From an uncultured bacterium (GTDB lineage: Bacteria; Patescibacteriota; Saccharimonadia; UBA4664; SCTI01), in assembly GCA_963721685.1 (NCBI GenBank), contig CAVRJJ010000005.1:1-37942 (forward strand): a stretch of DNA of 37,942 nt, read 5' to 3'. Both the position numbers and the translations under genes were made by a program. The notes under the pieces are model-generated. The model ran no database searches, was not told the DNA's origin, and was given only the letters and a program-made list of their open reading frames with translations. This document shows positions 31,423 to 37,942 of the stretch, piece after piece. The first letter of the stretch is position 1. Every line of letters starts with the position of its first letter.

Positions 31423-31820
31423 ATAATCGCGGCAAACTCCGAGCCAATCACCAGGCACAATAGCCCAACCGCGACACTACCGATAAGCAGGAAGAAGCTG
31501 GTTAACCGGTTACGCTGGAAGCTTTGGGCTGCAAGAAGGGCATTAATAAAAGTAATAGCAAACCCAAAAGCGGCTATCCGATAGTTGTGGTACCACGGCC
31601 CCACCTGATCAAACCCGATCAAGTTTAAGTAGTGCACCGGCACCGGATAATCTACCTGGTGGACTTTCGCGAGCATATTTCCCAGCGTCAAAATATTGAT
31701 AAGCACGCTCAAGCCAAGCGCTACCAAAGAAACCGGATCGTGCATCATCGGATGTTCCCGCACATTACTCGGATGAAGGCGGCGGAGCGCCTGCAGTGGC
31801 GCGTTCAGATTCATGGCCAC
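31419..31820 (-). CDS. small membrane protein, function unknown (first gene of the glycan operon)
   Basis: 133 aa with 3-4 hydrophobic helices. The track start is the GTG at 31820. An in-frame ATG at 31812..31814 sits 7 nt downstream of a TGcTATAAT box, so a leaderless start is possible. Confidence 0.55.
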   Translation of the reverse strand: MAMNLNAPLQALRRLHPSNVREHPMMHDPVSLVALGLSVLINILTLGNMLAKVHQVDYPVPVHYLNLIGFDQVGPWYHNYRIAAFGFAITFINALLAAQSFQRNRLTSFFLLIGSVAVGLLCLVIGSEFAAII

Positions 31821-31829
31821 ATTATAGCA
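31821..31829 (-). promoter_or_regulatory. extended -10 promoter element TGcTATAAT
   Basis: The minus strand reads TGCTATAAT and directly abuts the GTG at 31820. The A of the ATG at 31814 is the seventh nucleotide after the hexamer. Confidence 0.4.
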
Positions 31830-31865
31830 CTTTTTATCTGGAAAAGGCTCATGGTGCCAGCTTTA

Positions 31866-31948
31866 GGCAGACACATGTTTCCCTGTTCCACACATATCGT
31901 CTGACTAGAAGTCAGAATGCATAGTGAACAATAGAAACAGTGTCTGCC
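31866..31948. ncRNA. conserved multi-helix element, copy 2 (unassigned family; strand undetermined)
   Basis: Its invariant blocks are ACACATATCGTCTGA (31890..31904) and TCAGAATGCATAGT (31912..31925). Its helices are GGCAGACAC/GTGTCTGCC, TGTTTC/GAAACA, TGTTC(C)AC/GTGAACA and TCTGACT/AGTCAGA. Confidence 0.55.
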
Positions 31949-31994
31949 TTGCCTAGTAATAACCCCTTATTTTTGGTTTAATACGACTAGTCTT

Positions 31995-32070
31995 GCCGAT
32001 GTAGCTCAGTTGGTAGAGCAATGCTTTCGTAAAGCAGAGGTCGGCGGTTCAAATCCGCCCATCGGCTCCA
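31995..32070 (+). tRNA. tRNA-Thr (anticodon CGU), discriminator U, CCA encoded
   Basis: GCCGATG TA GCTC AGTTGGTA GAGC A ATGCT TTCGTAA AGCAG AGGTC GGCGG TTCAAAT CCGCC CATCGGC T CCA. Confidence 0.9.
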
Positions 32071-32089
32071 GTTGCGACTGTTATGGCAT

Positions 32090-32163
32090 GCGGGTGTAGT
32101 TCATCGGTAGAACGCGACCTTCCCAAGGTTGAGAGAGGGGTTCGATTCCCCTCACCCGCTCCA
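32090..32163 (+). tRNA. tRNA-Gly (anticodon CCC), CCA encoded
   Basis: GCGGGTG TA GTTC ATCGGTA GAAC G CGACC TTCCCAA GGTTG AGAG AGGGG TTCGATT CCCCT CACCCGC T CCA. Confidence 0.9.
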
Positions 32164-32199
32164 GAGAAAGTGTCCAAGCTTGTCTTGGGCTTTTTCTCT
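32164..32199 (+). terminator. rho-independent terminator after the tRNA-Thr/tRNA-Gly pair
   Basis: GTCCAAG-CTTGT-CTTGGGC hairpin followed by TTTTT. The outer AGAGAAAG/CTTTTTCTCT pairing extends the stem. Confidence 0.6.
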
Positions 32200-32309
32200 G
32201 TATTGGTAAGAGGAAGCGAACCTCTAGGTTCGGTGGACGAGGAGCGCAGGAAAGCGCGGAAGCTTGCTTGTGCATTTTCCGAGCACCGCAGGGAGGTGGC
32301 GCCAGCCAC

Positions 32310-32328
32310 ATTCCCCTCACCCGCTCCA
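32310..32328 (+). repeat. 19-nt exact direct repeat of the tRNA-Gly 3' end (att-like scar)
   Basis: ATTCCCCTCACCCGCTCCA occurs at 32145..32163 (T-arm 3' half, acceptor and CCA of tRNA-Gly) and again at 32310..32328. Confidence 0.7.
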
Positions 32329-32353
32329 ATGCACGCGTTGCTACCTTCTCGGA

Positions 32354-32626
32354 TCAATAATGATACCGGCAGGCAATCACCCGCACCTCAGCATCGTCGG
32401 CTTGGTATACCAATCGGTGCTCCCCGTTAATTCGCCTAGACCACAGTCCGGCAAAATTGCCTCGCAGAGGTTCTGGCTTCCCAATACCAGAAAAGGGAGT
32501 TCTCAAGCATTCTGCAAGCAAGTGGTTGATTTTCTGAACCACTTTTTTATCAGTCTGTTGCCAATACTGATAATCTTCCCAGGCGTTACTAACAAACAGC
32601 AGTGTGCGCTTACTCACTAGCCTCAA
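32354..32626 (-). CDS. yoeB: YoeB/Txe-family toxin (mRNA interferase)
   Basis: FVSNAWEDYQYWQQTDKKVVQKINHLLAECLRTPFSGIGKPEPLRGNFAGLWSRRINGEHRLVY....VIACRYHY matches YoeB almost motif for motif. The likely start is the GTG at 32617, overlapping the yefM stop (GTGAGTAA). Confidence 0.85.
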   Translation of the reverse strand: MRLVSKRTLLFVSNAWEDYQYWQQTDKKVVQKINHLLAECLRTPFSGIGKPEPLRGNFAGLWSRRINGEHRLVYQADDAEVRVIACRYHY

Positions 32627-32876
32627 GATCTTCGAGTATTACTAACTTCGTTTGTTTCTTGCGAGATTGTGCCATCCCCTGTTCGATGCGCTTACGCATG
32701 GCCGGGCTCCGGCGCAAGTGTTCAGTTTCGGTCAGGCCGTTATACTCAGCCAAAGGTATGGCAACCACAGTTTCACCATCACTGCGAGTAATAAGCAGTG
32801 GATTCTGATCATTAATAATTTGATCAAAATACTTTTTGGTTTCTTTGCGAAAATCAGAAATGGATGTTATGTTCAT
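32610..32876 (-). CDS. yefM: YefM/Phd-family antitoxin
   Basis: 88 aa. ISDFRKETKKYFDQIINDQNPLLITRSDGETVVAIPLAEYNGLTETEHLLRS-like pattern. It lies directly upstream of and overlaps yoeB. Confidence 0.85.
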   Translation of the reverse strand: MNITSISDFRKETKKYFDQIINDQNPLLITRSDGETVVAIPLAEYNGLTETEHLRRSPAMRKRIEQGMAQSRKKQTKLVILEDLEASE

Positions 32877-32888
32877 GGCTGCTCCTAT

Positions 32889-32918
32889 TGTACGTAATAT
32901 TGTACTTAATTACGTACA
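32889..32918 (-). promoter_or_regulatory. putative YefM-YoeB operator (GTAC-core repeats at 12-bp spacing)
   Basis: TGTACG (32889), TGTACT (32901) and CGTACA (32913) start 12 bp apart, 13-42 nt upstream of the yefM ATG. The characterised yefM-yoeB operator uses TGTACA cores 12 bp apart (established knowledge). Confidence 0.45.
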
Positions 32919-32967
32919 GATAATCAACAGTTCGACAGGGATTACGAATAAACGTATGATTACTTAA

Positions 32968-33929
32968 ATGGTTACGGTAAAAGCACAGTCCCAGCAGATC
33001 ACGAATCATGTAGTCATGGTCAGTCCCGACCAGTTTGGCTTTAACCCGCAAACCGCGGAAAGTAATGTGTTTCAGCACGATTTCGAGGATCAAGGATATT
33101 CGCCTACGGACGTGCAGCGACGGGCACGTTCAGAATTTGACGACCATGGTTCAAACACTTCGGGACAACGGCATAACCGTCTCCGTACTGCCAAGCCCCG
33201 CTGGCGTTAATGTCCCGGACGCCGTTTTCCCCAATAACTGGTTTTCCCACCACCAGGATGGGAACGCTTATTGTATATCCCATGCTTACGGAAAACCGGC
33301 GGGCCGAACGCCAACCTGAGGCAGTGGCCAGCCTTTTAGAACACCTTGGGGCTAAGCCAGCAGAAATTATAGATTTAACCGCGCAAGAACTTAAAGGCAA
33401 CTTTTTAGAGGGCACCGGCAGCTTGGTATTAGACCGAGTACACAAGGTAGCCTTTGCCATGCAATCGCCCCGCACTACCACAGCGGCTCTGGAGTTATGG
33501 AGCAAAACCATGGGCTATGAACCATTTTTATTTCATGCTTACGACAAACATTCCCGGCCGCTTTATCACACCAATGTGTTCATGAATATTGGCGAAGGCT
33601 TCGCGGTTGCCTGTCCGGAGTCAATCGCTAGTGACGAAGAACGGCAAAGCTTCATCAGAAAGCTTGGATCGCTGGGTAAGGAGCTAATAGCCATTTCCCT
33701 TGATCAAGCCTACGGGTTCTGCGGCAATGTTCTTCAGCTGAAATCAAAAGATGGCTCAGCGAAGATCGTCCTTTCGGAAACCGCATTACACGCACTCTCC
33801 ACCCATCAGCGGGAACAACTCCGAAAGCACGGCCAATTAGTTACCATTGCGATCCCAACCATTGAAGCTGTCGGCGGTGGCGGGGTGAGGTGTATGATGG
33901 CGGAGATATTTCCACCTAGCCCCCGGTAA
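32968..33929 (+). pseudogene. amidinotransferase-fold protein (arginine-deiminase-related / CtlX-like), two frameshifts
   Basis: Three consecutive frames together give one protein. The pieces are MVTVKAQSQQITNHVVMVSPDQFGFNPQTAESNVFQ..ARSEFDD, then MVQTLRDNGITVSVLPSP..PDAVFPNNWFSHHQDG, then TLIVYPMLTENRRAER...AVGGGGVRCMMAEIF (catalytic Cys motif). The frame shifts lie near 33140 and 33262. Confidence 0.7.
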
Positions 33930-33938
33930 GCTTCTCTC

Positions 33939-34418
33939 TCATAACCTTAGAAATGTGGCTGGCAGCCCGCAAGCTTGGGCGGCTTTTGCTTCATTGTTGA
34001 ACGCTTTAATTTGTCCAGGATCGGTCGTGAACACATAATTTATAGCATTTTCCCAATCGCACTGCATGTTTTCACACTTAATGATTGTGCGCATCAATTC
34101 AATCGCTGACTGGTTGGCTTCGCCATACATCCGAACGGTTTTTTCGCCCAACCGACTTGATAACCTATGGTAGATAAGATTGTGTTGCGAGGTAATTTTT
34201 CCCGTGGTATTACCGCTAATACCACTTCCAACCGTATCTTTTTCCACAACGACGACCTTCAGCCCAGCCCGCTTTAGCAAATAAGCCGTGGTTAATCCAG
34301 CTATGCCGGCTCCCACAATAGCCACATCTACCTGGATCTCTTCTGCAAGTTTAGGGTAAGCGGCGCTAGAAGTGTTAGCAATCAAATATGACTGTTCTTG
34401 ATCGGGAAGAGTTAACAT
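33939..34418 (-). pseudogene. FAD-dependent oxidoreductase, N-terminal fragment only
   Basis: 159 aa with the dinucleotide fold VAIVGAGIAGLTTAYLLKRAGLKVVVVEKD. Full-length relatives are several hundred aa. This ORF stops 10 nt from the end of the convergent gene, so the C-terminal part is absent. Confidence 0.55.
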
Positions 34419-34504
34419 TTGTTTAGCTTACTTACGTACGTATTCAATGTCTATAACGTATCTAACCATGTTGTAATTTGCACAGGAAATTTAGGATACT
34501 TTAT

Positions 34505-35701
34505 TCAGCGCCTGCCGTGAAAGCACGCGCGGGGCAAGTAGCGATAGTAGACCAATGCCACCACCACCACAATCACCCCAAATACTTGGAAGGCACCGAA
34601 GTTTCCACCAAATTCAGCAACAACACCATAGGCAAAATAAATGCTTATGGCCATAAGCTCCAACGCGAACCCGCTAACCGAACTAACGGTAGCCCGCAGG
34701 CCGCTGGTGATGGCGTGCTGCAATTTACCGTCAAACACAGCCTGCAACATTCTAATTAAGAACGTATAGCCAACAACGAGCAATACGGCAATGCTACCAC
34801 CCATTGTGCCTAGCCCGCCCAACACACCAGCGCCAAATAAACACATGCCGGCAATCATGAGAACAAGCATAAAATGAGAGGTTGAAAGTTTCTCGTAACG
34901 GTACGCGACCAAACTTCCCACCGCCGCCGCGGCTACCGTGGCGCCCACTACCAACGGAATAATCGAAAGCGCCACCCCTATCTCTTGAACAAACAGACCC
35001 ACATACTCTTCAAGCGAGCCGTAGATAGCCCCAATGAAGCCCCCCAGCAGAATAATCGCTAAGATGGTGCGGTTATGGACCGCCTCCTTAATGCCTCCCC
35101 GCAACATGGCAAAATAGCGGGTATCGGCCACTTCGCCAAAGCGCGGGGTCTCCGGCAGCCGCATGACGACAACGGCCGATACGACCACCACGAAAATACT
35201 GGCCGCAAACATAAAACCATACCCTAGCAAGATGGCGGCGGCGGCCAAAACGGTGGCCGCCAGGTTACCAGCTAAAGAAAAACTATCGGCCCGGCCAATC
35301 ACCTTCACATACTGCTTCTCGTGATTAACGGCTTTCAACTCGTCATAAACAAGCGCCTCGAAAGTACCATCAATAAAGGCACCCCCAATTCCCCACAGCA
35401 CAAACCCTAGCGCGAAGCCCTCGTAGCTGGGAAAGAATACCCAGGGAATAAAGCTGGCGGCCTTCAGCAGCTGGCCAATCCCCAGCAGCAGCTTACGGGA
35501 ATACTTATCGGCTAATACGCCCATCGGCACATTGGTAAGAATATCGGTAACCGACCACAGGATGAGCAAAGTGGATATTTCAAAGATACTCAATCCCTTG
35601 CCAGCCATATAAATGCTATAAAAGGGGTATATCAAGACAAAATCATCAAGGAAACAGAAGAGATAAATTTTGCGAAGGGTAGTTTTTAAGCTATTCGGCA
35701 T
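34505..35701 (-). CDS. MFS transporter
   Basis: 398 aa with about 12 TM helices. The loop 2-3 motif GVLADKYSRKLLL is MFS-like. Confidence 0.8.
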   Translation of the reverse strand: MPNSLKTTLRKIYLFCFLDDFVLIYPFYSIYMAGKGLSIFEISTLLILWSVTDILTNVPMGVLADKYSRKLLLGIGQLLKAASFIPWVFFPSYEGFALGFVLWGIGGAFIDGTFEALVYDELKAVNHEKQYVKVIGRADSFSLAGNLAATVLAAAAILLGYGFMFAASIFVVVVSAVVVMRLPETPRFGEVADTRYFAMLRGGIKEAVHNRTILAIILLGGFIGAIYGSLEEYVGLFVQEIGVALSIIPLVVGATVAAAAVGSLVAYRYEKLSTSHFMLVLMIAGMCLFGAGVLGGLGTMGGSIAVLLVVGYTFLIRMLQAVFDGKLQHAITSGLRATVSSVSGFALELMAISIYFAYGVVAEFGGNFGAFQVFGVIVVVVALVYYRYLPRACFHGRR

Positions 35702-35723
35702 GAATAAACTATAGCAAGAATAC

Positions 35724-36584
35724 TTAAGTTACCTTCAGGCGGTTATATTCCTTGATGCAATTGCTTAGTAAGATATCAATCGTCGTATCATCCCTGGGTC
35801 GTTCCCGCTCACCAGTTAAATCCTTGTCCCAGGCCTTGTCCAGCAACTCATCAATAAAGCTGCCGAAGTATATATCGCTTTTTTGGATAAACGCATCCTG
35901 GTTCTTGAAATTTATGGTCCAATAGGGTGCCATGGTATTTGATAGCTCTTCCTGAAGCTCATCCGGGATTTCATCGCCAATGCCATAAAGATTTGTCCGG
36001 TCTTTCGTTCTAATCGAAAGTATATATCCCTTTTGCGCCTCATCCCATTTAAGGTCATAGGTGAGGTCGGTTGGCCGCTCCTCTTCTTCTCCGCCGTCAT
36101 CCGCCACACCAGACCGTTCGGGCTTACCTTGATGGAGCTTCTCTAGAATTTTCGCGCGCAACAGTGCAAGCGAGGCGGCCCGCGCCGTACTGACAATTAT
36201 CCCGTCCTTTTCCGTGCTGATAGTGTCTTTATATAACCACTGGCCATCGGTATCTTGAGCTATTTCCGTTAATTGGGTAGCTTTGCTGCCGTCGGCCATT
36301 AAACCCGACCGGCGCATATCCATATAATTGCTCATCCCCTGCAACTCAATCGCCTGGATGTCCATACTCATCTCGGGTGCCTCATCCATTTCCGGCAAAG
36401 GCTTCCCCTCAAGATTTTCCTGGTCCAAGAGCATCTGAAAAAGGGCTGCTGATTCTTTATTGCGAACCGAATAATCTTCTGTTGCCTGCGGGTTGCCGGC
36501 ATCCTCTACAGATAATGAGCCAAAGTCAGCCATGCCCATAGCGCCGGCTTCATATTTTTCGCTTTCATTTTCAGCTGGAAGCAT
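35724..36584 (-). CDS. hypothetical acidic protein
   Basis: 286-aa intact ORF with a GGAG-like sequence upstream. I recognise no motif. Confidence 0.45.
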   Translation of the reverse strand: MLPAENESEKYEAGAMGMADFGSLSVEDAGNPQATEDYSVRNKESAALFQMLLDQENLEGKPLPEMDEAPEMSMDIQAIELQGMSNYMDMRRSGLMADGSKATQLTEIAQDTDGQWLYKDTISTEKDGIIVSTARAASLALLRAKILEKLHQGKPERSGVADDGGEEEERPTDLTYDLKWDEAQKGYILSIRTKDRTNLYGIGDEIPDELQEELSNTMAPYWTINFKNQDAFIQKSDIYFGSFIDELLDKAWDKDLTGERERPRDDTTIDILLSNCIKEYNRLKVT

Positions 36585-36638
36585 GGTATCCTCTTGGGCT
36601 TATATAAATATATGGTACCAGCGTTACGGGCATACATC

Positions 36639-36666
36639 AAAACAGGGCCATTTTGGCCCTGTTTTT
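36639..36666. terminator. bidirectional rho-independent terminator
   Basis: AAAACAGGGCC-ATTTT-GGCCCTGTTTTT is a perfect 7-bp GC-rich stem with A and T runs on both sides. On the minus strand it follows the small ORF 36688..36864. Confidence 0.65.
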
Positions 36667-36687
36667 CCCCCGTTGATAAATGTAAGA

Positions 36688-36864
36688 TTAACCCTGGTTC
36701 GTTTTCGGCTTTTTAGCGCGGCGGCGCTCATAGCGTTCAGCGAGAAATTCATATTTATTTGAAATCATATCCTTAGCTTCTTCCAGGCTCATATAAAATA
36801 TATCCGGATCCGCGTACGGATTGGCTTTGAGGGCCTTTATACGGCGACCTCTTGAATGACTCAT
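36688..36864 (-). CDS. possible small basic protein (58 aa), not in the supplied ORF track
   Basis: Hand translation: MSHSRGRRIKALKANPYADPDIFYMSLEEAKDMISNKYEFLAERYERRRAKKPKTNQG*. AAGGGGTG lies 5 nt upstream of the ATG. The terminator at 36639..36666 is immediately downstream. Confidence 0.35.
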   Translation of the reverse strand: MSHSRGRRIKALKANPYADPDIFYMSLEEAKDMISNKYEFLAERYERRRAKKPKTNQG

Positions 36865-36980
36865 GTCTGCACCCCTTAATTATGCCCTCAGTATCTTCCA
36901 ATCCAAGCATCTAATCATTAGCGCTTATTACAAACAAAAGACTGTCAGTTGTGTTAGTTTTGGCGGATTGCGGTAATGCT

Positions 36981-37424
36981 TTAATACTGGAGATATGATC
37001 GGTAGATATAACCGTTTTTACCCTGATAGGTTACGCCCTGCCAGGTAGTATCGGCATCAGCCCGTAACTGGACGGTGGTGCCGGCTTCCAGGGTTCCAAT
37101 GATTGGGGTAGAAACGCTCTTCCCCGCGCGCAGGTTGACAAAGCTGCTGGTTAGGGCGGTTTTAGCGGTAGTCTTTACGGGTGAAGCTGCCGGAGCCGGT
37201 ACGGGCTTGGGTACGGCGGTCGGCACCGGTTTGGTGGGCGTTTGCTGGGCCGGGGTAACGGCTGCCGGCTTTTGGGGCGTTTCTTTGGAAATACCAAGCG
37301 TGTTTTGAATATCCCCTAGGGATGGTTGAACTACCTGAAGGAATGTAAGAGGCGCGGCCAAGAGACCTATCACCAAAACCAAACTTAAGCGGTCGAGGAC
37401 AGGATGTGGAACAATGGCCAGCAT
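36981..37424 (-). CDS. membrane-anchored protein with a Pro/Thr-rich linker and a C-terminal bacterial SH3 domain
   Basis: 147 aa. It has an N-terminal TM helix and a PQKPAAVTPAQQTPTKPVPTAVPKPVPAPA linker. FVNLRAGKSVSTPIIGTLEAGTTVQL....WQGVTYQGKNGYIYRSYL fits the SH3b pattern. Confidence 0.6.
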   Translation of the reverse strand: MLAIVPHPVLDRLSLVLVIGLLAAPLTFLQVVQPSLGDIQNTLGISKETPQKPAAVTPAQQTPTKPVPTAVPKPVPAPAASPVKTTAKTALTSSFVNLRAGKSVSTPIIGTLEAGTTVQLRADADTTWQGVTYQGKNGYIYRSYLQY

Positions 37425-37425
37425 C

Positions 37426-37896
37426 TTAGCTTTGGTAGTAACTGAAGTAAATGTAAACGCCTAGAGCAATGATAAGACCAAGCAGGATCAGAAGAAAAAG
37501 GAAGCGCCAAAAAGCTGGCCAAAAACGAGACTGCGAAGGAAAAGCGGCGTCGGTATAAACCTCCGCTTCCGGTGCCTGCTTGAGTTTTGGGCGGGGCGGA
37601 GCGGGAGCGGCGGGAGCTGGTGCTGCCGGGGAAACCGGTGCTGTTACAGGAGACGGTAGAGCCTCCTGTGCTTGAGGTTGGCGATGTGGTCGCTTCTTGG
37701 CAGTCACGGCATTTTTTTCAACCGGAGCGGATGGCTCAGATGATGGCGCCTTTTGCCTAAGGTCAATAACGTGGGCACTGCCCATCGACCTTCGCGGAGG
37801 CCTTACCGCCAAGTCCCCTGCGCCAGCTGGCTTTTGGGGTCGGGATGATCGTGATTTACTGTGCTCCATTAGTGATAAGTATAGCCTTCGCGGCAT
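37426..37896 (-). CDS. hypothetical Pro/Ala-rich protein with a C-terminal TM helix
   Basis: 156 aa, mostly low-complexity basic and proline-rich sequence, followed by FWPAFWRFLFLLILLGLIIALGVYIYF. Its stop abuts the start of the SH3 gene. Confidence 0.4.
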   Translation of the reverse strand: MPRRLYLSLMEHSKSRSSRPQKPAGAGDLAVRPPRRSMGSAHVIDLRQKAPSSEPSAPVEKNAVTAKKRPHRQPQAQEALPSPVTAPVSPAAPAPAAPAPPRPKLKQAPEAEVYTDAAFPSQSRFWPAFWRFLFLLILLGLIIALGVYIYFSYYQS

Positions 37897-37942
37897 AATT
37901 ATTCAACTTATGCTTGTGGTATTTACCTGGATTTACCCACAA

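Noticed and set aside
32049-32620. ORFs 32049..32357(-), 32081..32329(-), 32083..32430(+) and 32264..32620(+)
   Set aside because: They overlap tRNA-Thr, tRNA-Gly, the terminator and the antisense strand of yoeB. Their products are low-complexity Arg/Pro/Ser-rich sequences with no start context.
1-37942. Mobile elements, integrases, transposases, prophage genes, restriction-modification or other defence systems besides YefM-YoeB
   Set aside because: None of the intact ORF translations shows integrase (R..HxxR..Y), DDE transposase, HNH or PD-(D/E)xK nuclease, methyltransferase or phage structural signatures that I can recognise. The only mobility footprint is the tRNA-Gly 3'-end duplication.

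Overview
Gene-dense 37.9-kb chromosomal window from a compact bacterial genome. Adjacent genes often overlap by 1-40 nt, and all five tRNA genes encode their 3' CCA. The gene content (MurT/GatD, PnuC, a T-box-controlled thrS, many small wHTH or membrane proteins of unknown function) suggests a reduced Gram-positive-like or CPR/Saccharibacteria-like lineage; this is inference and was not tested. Recognisable content: the infC-rpmI-rplT operon, rpmB, rplY, thrS, miaA, folD, nrdR, rnhA, RNase P RNA, and tRNA-Pro(GGG), Val(CAC), Val(GAC), Thr(CGU) and Gly(CCC). There are also two envelope-glycan gene clusters, two tandem CdaR/PucR-type regulators, a YefM-YoeB toxin-antitoxin pair, and several transporters. 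I saw no rRNA, CRISPR array, integrase or transposase. Most worth a second look: (1) a two-copy 83-96-nt multi-helix element (28058..28153 and 31866..31948) with invariant unpaired blocks and compensatory stem changes, which I cannot assign to a named RNA family; the copies bracket a four-gene glycan operon. (2) An orphan tRNA-like RNA (5641..5739) with a perfect T-arm and ACCA end but no anticodon arm, resembling an isolated tmRNA tRNA-like domain. (3) A thrS T-box leader whose antiterminator bulge and candidate specifier match the tRNA-Thr(CGU) encoded in this window. (4) A 19-nt duplication of the tRNA-Gly 3' end, followed by a TA module and broken genes, which looks like a decayed island scar. 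(5) Indel-type reading-frame breaks in four genes, including essential rplT; these may be consensus errors rather than biology. All calls rest on reading the translations and sequence by eye. No database search or computation was run.
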